In this document: piece by piece, positions 35,153-43,036 of the stretch
Layout of the letters: each line of letters starts with the position of its first letter
How positions within the stretch are numbered: position 1 is the stretch's first letter
Assembly: GCA_025350525.1 (NCBI GenBank)
Contig: JANXXR010000621.1
Span: 1-48,211, forward strand
Origin: Deltaproteobacteria bacterium
GTDB taxonomy: Bacteria > Myxococcota > Myxococcia > Myxococcales > 40CM-4-68-19
DNA: 48,211 nucleotides
Direction of reading: 5' to 3'
Notes under the pieces: model-generated
The model's input: the letters and a program-made list of their open reading frames with translations, nothing else
Database searches by the model: none
What the model was told of the DNA's origin: nothing
Program-made: the position numbers and the translations under genes

Positions 35153-36180
35153 TTGTCGCCCCGCCCTTCGCTCACCAGATCCTTCTCGCTGAAGATGTGG
35201 TCGGTGATGGTCGCCGGGTCGGGCTGCGGCTCGTCCTTGATGCGGCGGTGGGCGGCCTGCAGCTCGGTGTTGTATTGCGCGCGCAGCTCGTCCATCCGCG
35301 CCCGCGTCAACAGGCCGCGCTCCTCCATGCGCCGCTCGAAGCCCTGCAGGCAGTCGGCCTCGTCGGTAGCCCGGTTGGCGCCGCTCGCGCTCGAGTGGCC
35401 GTTGAGCCGGGAGACCAGCGCCTCAAGCAAGAACGGCTTGCGCTCGGTGCGCACGTACTCCATCGCCGCCTTGATCTCGCGGTACGCGATCTCCGGGTCG
35501 TTGCCGTCGATGGTCTTCGATTCGATGCCGAAGCCCTTGCCGCGGTCGGCGATGCGCTTCTCGCCGTGCTGCCCCGCCCAGCTGGTGGAGATGCCCCACT
35601 TGTTGTTGGTGACGATCATCAGCACCGGCAGCGGATTGGCCGGCCGCGACGACCAGATCATGCAGGTGGCGAAGTCTCCCTCGGCGGTGCCGGCATCGCC
35701 GCCGGTGACGATGGTGATGCCGCGCCCGCCCGCGCGCTTCTGCGCCAGCGCCGTGCCGGGCGCCATCGAGTACTGCACCTCGATGGGGCTCGAGACCGGC
35801 ACCACGTTCCACTCGCGCTTCGAGTAGTGGCCGACGAAGTTGCGCCCGCCCGAGTAGGGATCGGTGGCGGTGTTCTTCATCTGGCGCAGGGCATCGACCG
35901 GGTCGGCCCCCATGGCGAGCAGCGTGCCGGAGTTGCGGTAATGGAAATGGCAATAGTCGTACTGCGGCCCCTGGCCCCTCTCGATGAGCAGCCCGAGCGG
36001 GACGTTGAAGGCTTCCTCGCCGGGCCCGCCGATCCAGAAGTAGCCGTCGCCCTGCTTGTACATCTGGATGAGGCGCTCCTCGAGGACGCGCGCTTTCACC
36101 ATCAGCTCGTGCAGCTGCACGAGGAGCTCCGGGGAGAGCTCGGCTTCGGGGGAGGTGGGCACCGGCCGCAGGCTGCTCAT
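35149..36180 (-). CDS. 2-oxoacid dehydrogenase E1 component, alpha subunit (TPP-dependent)
   Basis: The ATG at 36180 lies inside track ORF 35149..36942. The TPP-binding motif is GGDAGTAEGDF...LPVLMIVTNNKWGIS. The block LVSRLNGHSSAS is also present. Confidence 0.9.
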   Translation of the reverse strand: MSSLRPVPTSPEAELSPELLVQLHELMVKARVLEERLIQMYKQGDGYFWIGGPGEEAFNVPLGLLIERGQGPQYDYCHFHYRNSGTLLAMGADPVDALRQMKNTATDPYSGGRNFVGHYSKREWNVVPVSSPIEVQYSMAPGTALAQKRAGGRGITIVTGGDAGTAEGDFATCMIWSSRPANPLPVLMIVTNNKWGISTSWAGQHGEKRIADRGKGFGIESKTIDGNDPEIAYREIKAAMEYVRTERKPFLLEALVSRLNGHSSASGANRATDEADCLQGFERRMEERGLLTRARMDELRAQYNTELQAAHRRIKDEPQPDPATITDHIFSEKDLVSEGRGDK

Positions 36181-36206
36181 GGCGGCGCTTCCTAGCGCAT
36201 CTCGCT

Positions 36207-37409
36207 TCAAAAAGCGACGTGGGCGCGGGCGGTGAAGACATGGACCGGACCGCGGTCCTGGTTGTAGCCCGGGTGGAGGATCGGCTGGTAGTTCGCTCCC
36301 AGCGAAACCTCCTTGGTGAGCTGCGCCCGGTAGTACAGCTCGCCGAGGATCTCGGGCGCGTAGTCGAGCGCGCCGTCGCCGATGAGGAAGCCGTACCCGC
36401 CGCCTTTGAGATAGTCGCGGTGGGCGCCCGAGAGCCCGCTCACCACCAGCGCGGCGCCGGCCTCGTCCTTGCCGCGGCCCCAGCGCTCGCCCGACTGGAC
36501 CAGGCCCAGCGCCAGCGACCGGTCGATCTCGGTGAAGGCCCAGGTCTCGTTGGCCCCGTCGCTCCAGCTGGCCCGGACGAACCCGCCCAGTCCGGCGGCG
36601 AGTTGGGTGTTGGCGCTGGCGGCGAGGCCGCCCTTGAGCCGCCCGTCGGCGCGGGTGGCGACGACGTCCACGTGCTGCCCGGTGGCGTCGGCGTAGCTGC
36701 CCATGTGCGCGGTGTTGAGGAAGCCGAGCACGCGCACGGCGCCGCCGGTGAAGCGCCGCTCCACCTCGGCGACCAGTCCTCTGGCCTTGCCGACGTCCCA
36801 CTCCATGGCGATGCCGTTGGCGAACTTCGGCTCGAGGAAGATCCCGGCGCGGGCGCTGAAATCGCCGGCGGTCGCCTCCGCAGCGAGGCCCCAGGTGTAG
36901 CCGCGGGTGTCGGCCGGATAGTCGTAGGCCGCGCTCGCCCACAGGCCCCAGCTCATGAAGCGGGTGTGGGGGTCGTTGGCGTACGGGATGTTGTCGAAGA
37001 CGTCGGTGACGGAGAACTTTCCCGCGGTGAGGGCGAGCGCGCCCAGCGTCTGCTTGAGGAAGGCGCGGCCGACGATGAGGCCCGGCTCCGGGTTGCCGAC
37101 CCGGTACACCTCGCCGCTGGGAAAGGCGGCGACGCCCAGCGTGCTGGAGAGGCCGCGGCCGCCGGCGAGCTCGGGCTGCAGGGTGAGCTCGGCGCCCGAC
37201 CAGGGGCGGACGGTGCCGATCAGGTCCATCACCACCGAGGTGGCGGACTCGGCGTCGGGACGCAGGCTGTTGGTTCCGGAATAAGCGGCGCTGAACGACG
37301 GGTGCGCCTGCGCGGCGACGGTGGCCTGGAAGTGCAGGCTGGCGAATCCTTCGTCATCGGCGGCGGCGGCGCTCCCTGCCGCGAGGAGCGCCACGACGAA
37401 CGCGCGCAT
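36207..37409 (-). CDS. Outer-membrane porin, carbohydrate-selective OprB-like
   Basis: It has the signal peptide MRAFVVALLAAGSAAAA and the block HFQATVAAQAHPSFSAAYSGTNSLRPD, which is typical of OprB-type porins as I recall them. The sequence shows beta-strand periodicity and ends in a terminal Phe (...ARAHVAF). Confidence 0.7.
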   Translation of the reverse strand: MRAFVVALLAAGSAAAADDEGFASLHFQATVAAQAHPSFSAAYSGTNSLRPDAESATSVVMDLIGTVRPWSGAELTLQPELAGGRGLSSTLGVAAFPSGEVYRVGNPEPGLIVGRAFLKQTLGALALTAGKFSVTDVFDNIPYANDPHTRFMSWGLWASAAYDYPADTRGYTWGLAAEATAGDFSARAGIFLEPKFANGIAMEWDVGKARGLVAEVERRFTGGAVRVLGFLNTAHMGSYADATGQHVDVVATRADGRLKGGLAASANTQLAAGLGGFVRASWSDGANETWAFTEIDRSLALGLVQSGERWGRGKDEAGAALVVSGLSGAHRDYLKGGGYGFLIGDGALDYAPEILGELYYRAQLTKEVSLGANYQPILHPGYNQDRGPVHVFTARAHVAF

Positions 37410-38734
37410 CAGGCGCGGCCCGGCTCGGCTTCGACAGCGGGCGGGTCCTGCGGCTTTTCGGAGGGCGTGCTCTGCGGCGCGGCCGGCGCGGCGCTGGCGT
37501 CGGGCGCGACGGTCCCGCCCGCGCCCGGCGAGCCTTCTGTCACCGGCGGCGGCGCGCTTTCCTTCGAGGAGGAGCCCGAGGAGGAGCCGAACACTTGCTG
37601 TCCCGGCTTGGGCGGCCGCGGCGCGTTGGTCGAGGCCATCACCGCCAGCTCGACGTAGCGGTCGAGCTGCGTCCAGGCGAGGAAGCGATCCAGCTCCGCC
37701 GTGGTCTGCTCGTGGAGGCCCGGCGTCAGCGGCTGGTCGGCCCAGGCCTCGGCGTAGGTCTCGTAGAGCTTCTCGCAGAAGTCCACTGCGCGGCGGGCCT
37801 CCTCGAGCACTTCGCGGTCGGCGCGCCACGGTCCCGGCGAGCGGCGCGCGAGGGCGGCGCGCTTGAGGGTGGCGACGTTGCGGCGGTAGCTGGTCGCGGC
37901 CTTGGCCAGCTGCGGGGCGGCGGCGAGGAGCTTGGACCGCAGCTCGAGGCGCGGGTTCATCGGCGCGGAAGGCTCGGCTGCGGGAGCAGCAGCGGGTGCA
38001 GCGGGCGCCGCAGTTGCGGCACTGGCTTCCGGAGTCGCAGAAAGAGTGGCAGCGTCGGCTGCGGGAGCCGCCGCTTCCGTGCCCGGCGCCGCAGGAGTCG
38101 CGGCTTCAGTGCCCGACGCCGCAGGAGTCGCGGCTTCAGTGCCCGGCGTTGCATGAGCCGCGGCTTCAGTGCCCGGCGCTGCATGAGCCGCGGCGTCGGT
38201 GCCCGCAGTTGCCTCTGCCCCGCCGCTGGCCGCGCCTGCCTCTGCCGGAGGAGGCGCGGACTTCGAGCGATCGGCCGCGGCCAGGTGCGCCAGCGCCAGC
38301 GGGAGATCGCGCAGGAAGCGCTGTAGGTCGAAGCCCTGTCCTCCTTCGTAGAGCCGCGAGAGCGCCACCGCCACGCGCTCGAGCGCGCCCGAGCGCAGCT
38401 GCTCCATCGCCCGCGGGAAGTCGAGGAAGACACGCCGCTGGGTGTCGAGCTTCTGGTGCAGCCGCTCGGCGAAGGCCAGCGAGGAGATGGCCTGCTCCAC
38501 GTCGCGCCGCACCGAATCGCGCAGGGGACCCCAGCCGCTGCCGCTGCTGCTGCCACCACCGCCGCCGCTGCCCTGCGGACGCTGCTGCGCCGGTGCACCC
38601 GGCGCCTGCGGGCCGCCTGGGCCCCTGCTCTTGCTGCGCTGCTTTCTCGCCACAGGTGCCTCCGGAAATTCCGCCGGCACGTTCAAGCGGAAAGCGCGGC
38701 CAAACGCAAGCATTCCGTGCTGGCGGGTTGTCAC
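37409..38734 (-). CDS. Hypothetical protein with a central decapeptide-repeat array and Ser/Gly/Pro-rich ends
   Basis: The ORF shows coding GC3. Two helical conserved-looking blocks flank a repeat core. Its stop overlaps the porin start (TGATG). The start is uncertain, either 38734 or the Met 7 codons downstream. Confidence 0.6.
   Translation of the reverse strand: MTTRQHGMLAFGRAFRLNVPAEFPEAPVARKQRSKSRGPGGPQAPGAPAQQRPQGSGGGGGSSSGSGWGPLRDSVRRDVEQAISSLAFAERLHQKLDTQRRVFLDFPRAMEQLRSGALERVAVALSRLYEGGQGFDLQRFLRDLPLALAHLAAADRSKSAPPPAEAGAASGGAEATAGTDAAAHAAPGTEAAAHATPGTEAATPAASGTEAATPAAPGTEAAAPAADAATLSATPEASAATAAPAAPAAAPAAEPSAPMNPRLELRSKLLAAAPQLAKAATSYRRNVATLKRAALARRSPGPWRADREVLEEARRAVDFCEKLYETYAEAWADQPLTPGLHEQTTAELDRFLAWTQLDRYVELAVMASTNAPRPPKPGQQVFGSSSGSSSKESAPPPVTEGSPGAGGTVAPDASAAPAAPQSTPSEKPQDPPAVEAEPGRA
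38061..38210. repeat. Five tandem 30-bp repeats (coding sense GTEAA(A/T)(H/P)A(A/T)P)
   Basis: The units occupy 38061-90, 38091-120, 38121-150, 38151-180 and 38181-210. The middle copies are nearly identical. Confidence 0.9.
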
Positions 38735-38763
38735 ACCGCCGCGATTCCGCTACACGGGCGGCC

Positions 38764-39255
38764 ATGCCCAACCTGCGCCCCTACGCCCCGAAGGACTGGC
38801 CGCAGTTCCTCGCGCTCGAGCTGGAGACGCAGCTCGACTCGCTGGGCGACTCCACCGAGCAGGAGCGCGCGACCTTGCGGGAACGCTTCCCGGCGCTGCT
38901 CGACGTCAAGATGGGCTTCTCCAGGAATGGCTTCCGCCGCCCCGGCGCCGAGCTCTGGGTGCTCGAGGGCGACGCGGGCGAATACCTCGGCCACCTCTGG
39001 CTCTCGATGCGCGACGACGCCCGCCACGGCACGCCGACGTTACAGGTGACGACGATGGGCATCGTCCGCGACGGGCGCGGCAAGAACTACGGGCGCCTGC
39101 TCATGCAGAAGGCCGAGCAGGCGGCCAAGGAGAAGGGCATCGAGGTCATCGCCCTCGAGGTCGCCGGCAACAACCGCCGCGCCCGCGACATGTTCAAGGA
39201 CCTTGGCTACGAGACCATCCGCCGCACCATGCACAAGCGGCTGCGGAATCCTTGA
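38764..39255 (+). CDS. GNAT-family N-acetyltransferase
   Basis: The start is ATG 38764. The acetyl-CoA loop is VRDGRGKNYGRLLMQKAEQAAKEKG, followed by LEVAGNNRRARDMFKDLGY. Confidence 0.8.
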   Translation: MPNLRPYAPKDWPQFLALELETQLDSLGDSTEQERATLRERFPALLDVKMGFSRNGFRRPGAELWVLEGDAGEYLGHLWLSMRDDARHGTPTLQVTTMGIVRDGRGKNYGRLLMQKAEQAAKEKGIEVIALEVAGNNRRARDMFKDLGYETIRRTMHKRLRNP

Positions 39256-39578
39256 GCCTCGAGATCCTGCCGGGCGAATTGCACCGCCGCCTGCGCGCCG
39301 GCGAGCCCGTCTACCTGCTCGACGTGCGGCAGGAGTGGGAGCACCAGGCGGCCAAGCTGCCCGGCGACCTGCTCATCCCGCTCCACGAGCTGCCCGCGCG
39401 GCTGGACGAGGTGCGGCCCGAACCCGGCCAGCTGATCGTCGCTTACTGCCACCACGGCGTGCGGTCCTTGAGCGCCGCGGTGATCCTCCGCGAGGGCGGC
39501 TTTTCGGGTGCACTCTCGCTGGCGGGCGGCATCGAGCTCTGGTCGCAGGTCATCGACCCGTCAGTCCCGCAGTACTGA
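39252..39578 (+). CDS. Rhodanese-domain protein (single domain)
   Basis: It has the active-site loop YCHHGVRS and the block VYLLDVRQEWEH. The TTG start is inferred from its overlap with the GNAT stop (TTGA), so the start is uncertain. Confidence 0.72.
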   Translation: MSLEILPGELHRRLRAGEPVYLLDVRQEWEHQAAKLPGDLLIPLHELPARLDEVRPEPGQLIVAYCHHGVRSLSAAVILREGGFSGALSLAGGIELWSQVIDPSVPQY

Positions 39579-39616
39579 CGCTGGCGCCGCCGCCGCCGGC
39601 TCTTTACAGTTGCGCC

Positions 39617-40567
39617 GTGAAAGCGCCTTCCGCCATCGGCGTCAATCAGCCCTGCTGGTGCGGCTCGGGCCAGAAGTACAAGAAGTGCCACCGCGACCGC
39701 GACGAAGAGGCCAAAGGCGCGCGCCGCATCAAGCCCGGCCGCATCTCGCCGCCGCGCGAGGTCCCGCTCTCGATTCCGCGGCCCGACTATGCGGAGAGCG
39801 GAAAACCCGGCCCGGGCGCGCCCGTCGATCCCGATCCGGTCCGCCGCCTCGCCCGCATGCGCCGCGCCTGCCGCGCCGCCGCGGAAGTCCTGGCCGAGAG
39901 CGCCCGCGCCCTGCGCCCCGGCGTCACCACCGACGCCATCGACGCCGTCTGCCACGCCGCCTACCTCGCGCGGGGCGGATATCCTTCGACGTTGAACTAC
40001 CGCGGCTTCCCCAAGTCGCTCTGCACCTCGGTCAACGAAGTGGTGCTGCACGGCATCCCCGACGACCGCGCGCTCGAGGGCGGCGACATCGTCAACCTCG
40101 ACGTCACCATCTACCTCGACGGCCTGCACGGCGACTGCTCGGCGACCTTCGCGGTGGGCGAGATCGACGAGGCCTCGCAACGCCTGATCCGCGTCACCGA
40201 GGAGGCGATGATGCTGGGCATCGAGGCGGTGAAGCCGGGGCGGACCACCCGCGCCATCGGCCGCGCCATCGAGGCGCACGCCACCCGGCACGGCTACGGC
40301 GTGGTGCGGGCCTTCTGCGGCCACGGCGTCGGCGAGCAGTTCCACGAGGACCCGCCCATCACCCACTTCGACGACCCGCGGGCCACGGCGGTGATGGAAG
40401 AGGGGATGATCTTCACCATCGAGCCCATGCTCACCGAGGGCTCGCACAACGTCCGCGGCTGGGCCGACGGCTGGACGGTGGTCACCGCCGACGGCAGGCG
40501 GTCGGCGCAGTTCGAGCACACCATCGTGGTGACCCGCGACGGAGCGGAGATTTTGACCAGGCTTTAA
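39617..40567 (+). CDS. map: Type I methionine aminopeptidase with an N-terminal SEC-C zinc motif
   Basis: It has the SEC-C motif CWCGSGQKYKKCH. The metal-ligand blocks are GDIVNLDVT, CGHGVG, IFTIEPM and AQFEHTIVVT. Confidence 0.92.
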   Translation: MKAPSAIGVNQPCWCGSGQKYKKCHRDRDEEAKGARRIKPGRISPPREVPLSIPRPDYAESGKPGPGAPVDPDPVRRLARMRRACRAAAEVLAESARALRPGVTTDAIDAVCHAAYLARGGYPSTLNYRGFPKSLCTSVNEVVLHGIPDDRALEGGDIVNLDVTIYLDGLHGDCSATFAVGEIDEASQRLIRVTEEAMMLGIEAVKPGRTTRAIGRAIEAHATRHGYGVVRAFCGHGVGEQFHEDPPITHFDDPRATAVMEEGMIFTIEPMLTEGSHNVRGWADGWTVVTADGRRSAQFEHTIVVTRDGAEILTRL

Positions 40568-41379
40568 GCGCCGCCGAACAGGCGCGCGGCGTTGCCGCCC
40601 AGCACCAGCGCCTCATCGGCCGGCGGCAGCTTCATCGCCCGCACCGCCTGCAGCTCGCGGTCCCAGGCATAGGGCAGGTTGGGATAGTCCGTCCCATAGA
40701 GAATCCGCGTCGGGTTCCGCCGGACGATGTCGATATCCGGCTGATAGGGAAAGTATCCGGTAATGGCCATGGTGGTATCGAGATGGAGCCCGGGATAGTC
40801 GGGCAGCATGGCCTCGAACTGCGCCGATTCATCCACGCCGAGGTGCGGCACGATGACGATGGCGTCCGGATGCCGGTCGAGCGCCCGCCGCAGCCGCGCT
40901 GCTCCCGAGACCGTGCGGGTATCGACGCCATATCCGTCCAGGGCCGGCTCCGGCCCGCAATGGATGGTCACCGGCTTGCGATACTTCGCCGAGGCCCGCC
41001 AGACGGCGTCGAGCCGCGGATCGTCGGGCGCGATCTTCATCACATGGCAATGGATCTTCACCCCGCGAAAGTCGCCGGAGAGAGCTTCGTCGAGGATGCG
41101 CTCGGCACCCTCCTCCCCCGGAAAGACCGTGCAGCAGGGCCAGACTTCGGGGTGCCTCGCGGCCACTGCGGCGGTGAAGTCGTTGAGCGCGCGGGCGATG
41201 CCGGGCTTGTGCGCGTAGGGAAGCGCCACCATGCGGCCGATGCCGCCGGCCTTGAGGGTCTCGACGCAGGCATCGACGCCCTCACGATGCTCGATGCTCC
41301 AGGCGTGCTTGTCGAACCAGTCGCGGATGGCGAGCGCCAGCCGGTCGGGGAAGAGGTGCACGTGCGCGTCGATCAGCAT
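40564..41379 (-). CDS. Amidohydrolase-2 / TIM-barrel metal-dependent hydrolase
   Basis: It starts MLIDAHVHLFP and has HCH, HLG and YGTDYP blocks. The ORF maximum is 41418. Its stop overlaps the map stop (TTAA). Confidence 0.78.
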   Translation of the reverse strand: MLIDAHVHLFPDRLALAIRDWFDKHAWSIEHREGVDACVETLKAGGIGRMVALPYAHKPGIARALNDFTAAVAARHPEVWPCCTVFPGEEGAERILDEALSGDFRGVKIHCHVMKIAPDDPRLDAVWRASAKYRKPVTIHCGPEPALDGYGVDTRTVSGAARLRRALDRHPDAIVIVPHLGVDESAQFEAMLPDYPGLHLDTTMAITGYFPYQPDIDIVRRNPTRILYGTDYPNLPYAWDRELQAVRAMKLPPADEALVLGGNAARLFGGA

Positions 41380-41398
41380 GCGTTCTTCGGGACGACCA

Positions 41399-43018
41399 TC
41401 AGCCGATGGCTTTATCACCCGGCCGCTTGAATCCGAAGATTCCGCGGATGCGCGAGAGGAGGTTGGACGACTCCTTCTCCAGCGCGGGAGCCTGCTGCGC
41501 GGCGCGAGCGGCGTCGAGGGCGAGGCGGCGGCGGGTGATGACGTCGGCGAGGCTCTGGGCCAGGTCGGGCTCGGCGGAGAGGATCTGGCTGAAGGCGTCG
41601 CGGCCGACTGCCAGCAGCGCGGCGTCGCCCAGCGCCACCACCGTGGCCGTGCGCGGATCGCCGGTGAGCACGCTCATCTCCCCGAAGAGCGCGCCGCGGC
41701 CGAGCCGGGCCACCTCGCGGTCGGGCCCGCCCTCGACGTGGATGTTCACGCCCACCTCGCCGTGCGCCACCAGGTAGAGCGTGTCGCCCTGCTCTCCCTG
41801 CCGCACGATGGCCTGCCGCGGCCCGTACTCGAGGAAGCGCGCGCTCTCGACCAGCACCTTGCGCGCCGGCGCGCTCAGCGCCTGCACGAAGTCGATGCGC
41901 CCGAGCAGGTCTTCCGCCTCGGCCAGGTGCTCGCGGCGCCGCCGGTCGTCGGCCTCGGCCGCGCGCTCGCGGTAGCTGACCATCGTCTGCGGGAGGGACA
42001 TCTCGATGGCGGCGCGACGCAGGGCGTACCAGATCGCCTCCTGCACCTGGTCGAGCGCGGTCCGCTCGACGTGGAAGCCCTCGGTGTGCAGCTTGACGCG
42101 GTAGTGCAAGCCGTCGGGCGCGAAGGAGGCCAGCTGGACGATGGGGGCCGGCTCCCGGAGCACCAGCGCGCAGCTGTTCACCGCCTCGAGCAGCACCGCC
42201 TTGGCCCGCGCCGGCGAGACCTCCTGGTCGAGGGCGACCATCAGCTCGATGACGTCGGTGATCTGCGGCCGCATGTGGTTGACCACCACCTCGCGGCTGA
42301 TCAGGCTGTTCGGCACCAGGAGCTCGTCCTCGTCTCCGGTGATCAGGCGGGTCGAGCGCCAGCCGACGTCGAGGACGCGACCGCAGTACTTGCCGAAGCT
42401 GACCCACTCGCCGGTCTCGAAGGGCTGCTCGGCGTGGAGGGTGAGGCCGGCGAAGAGGTTGCCCAGGGTCTCCTGCAGCGCGAAGCCGAGGACGACCGAG
42501 AGCAGCGCGCTGGTGGCGAAGAGGCTGGAGAGGTCGAGCTTGTACTCGACGCGCAGCAGGACCGATCCGGCGAGGAAGGTCAGGGCCCAGACCGACAGCG
42601 TGCGCAGGATGCGGGGCATCCCCACCCGGCCGCGCCAGCGGATGAAGGCGAAGATCAGCGAGTCAAAGAGCCGCAGCACGGCGAGGATGCCGAAGAAGCG
42701 CGAGGCGGTCTCGAGGCCGTGGGCGACGCTCGGGTGGAGGCCTTCGGCCCAGAGGAAGCCCGCCAGCCTTGCGACCAGGTAGAGAAAGAGCAGTCGCTGG
42801 GGCGACCCCAGCTCGTCGAAGAACTGCTTGACGGCGGAGTTCACGCGCCGCCGCCGCAGGGTGCTGCGCAGCAGCCCCACGAAGAGGAAGAGCCCGATGG
42901 CGACGAGGAAGCTGGTGAGGCCCTGGAGCACGGAGGCATCGTCGCTCCGGGGGGGAGGTGAGTGCAAGAAAACAGGCCCCGGATTTCCGGCGGGCGCTTG
43001 ACCGCACGCTTGCTGCAA
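41399..43018 (-). CDS. MscS-family mechanosensitive channel with a C-terminal cyclic-nucleotide-binding domain
   Basis: It has the TM region and the MscS beta-domain block LGNLFAGLTLHAEQPFETGEWVSFGKYCGRVLDVGWRSTRL. The cNMP domain is IVRQGEQGDTLYLVAHGEV...GALFGEMSVLTGDPRTATVVA. The start is uncertain. Confidence 0.85.
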   Translation of the reverse strand: MQQACGQAPAGNPGPVFLHSPPPRSDDASVLQGLTSFLVAIGLFLFVGLLRSTLRRRRVNSAVKQFFDELGSPQRLLFLYLVARLAGFLWAEGLHPSVAHGLETASRFFGILAVLRLFDSLIFAFIRWRGRVGMPRILRTLSVWALTFLAGSVLLRVEYKLDLSSLFATSALLSVVLGFALQETLGNLFAGLTLHAEQPFETGEWVSFGKYCGRVLDVGWRSTRLITGDEDELLVPNSLISREVVVNHMRPQITDVIELMVALDQEVSPARAKAVLLEAVNSCALVLREPAPIVQLASFAPDGLHYRVKLHTEGFHVERTALDQVQEAIWYALRRAAIEMSLPQTMVSYRERAAEADDRRRREHLAEAEDLLGRIDFVQALSAPARKVLVESARFLEYGPRQAIVRQGEQGDTLYLVAHGEVGVNIHVEGGPDREVARLGRGALFGEMSVLTGDPRTATVVALGDAALLAVGRDAFSQILSAEPDLAQSLADVITRRRLALDAARAAQQAPALEKESSNLLSRIRGIFGFKRPGDKAIG

Positions 43019-43036
43019 ACCTAGGCTCGTCGGTCA

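Noticed and set aside
43019-43036. Only 18 bp separate the divergent MscS-cNMP gene and mltF, which might suggest a shared operator.
   Set aside because: The MscS start at 43018 is simply the longest ORF. A downstream start is equally plausible and would restore a normal intergenic length.
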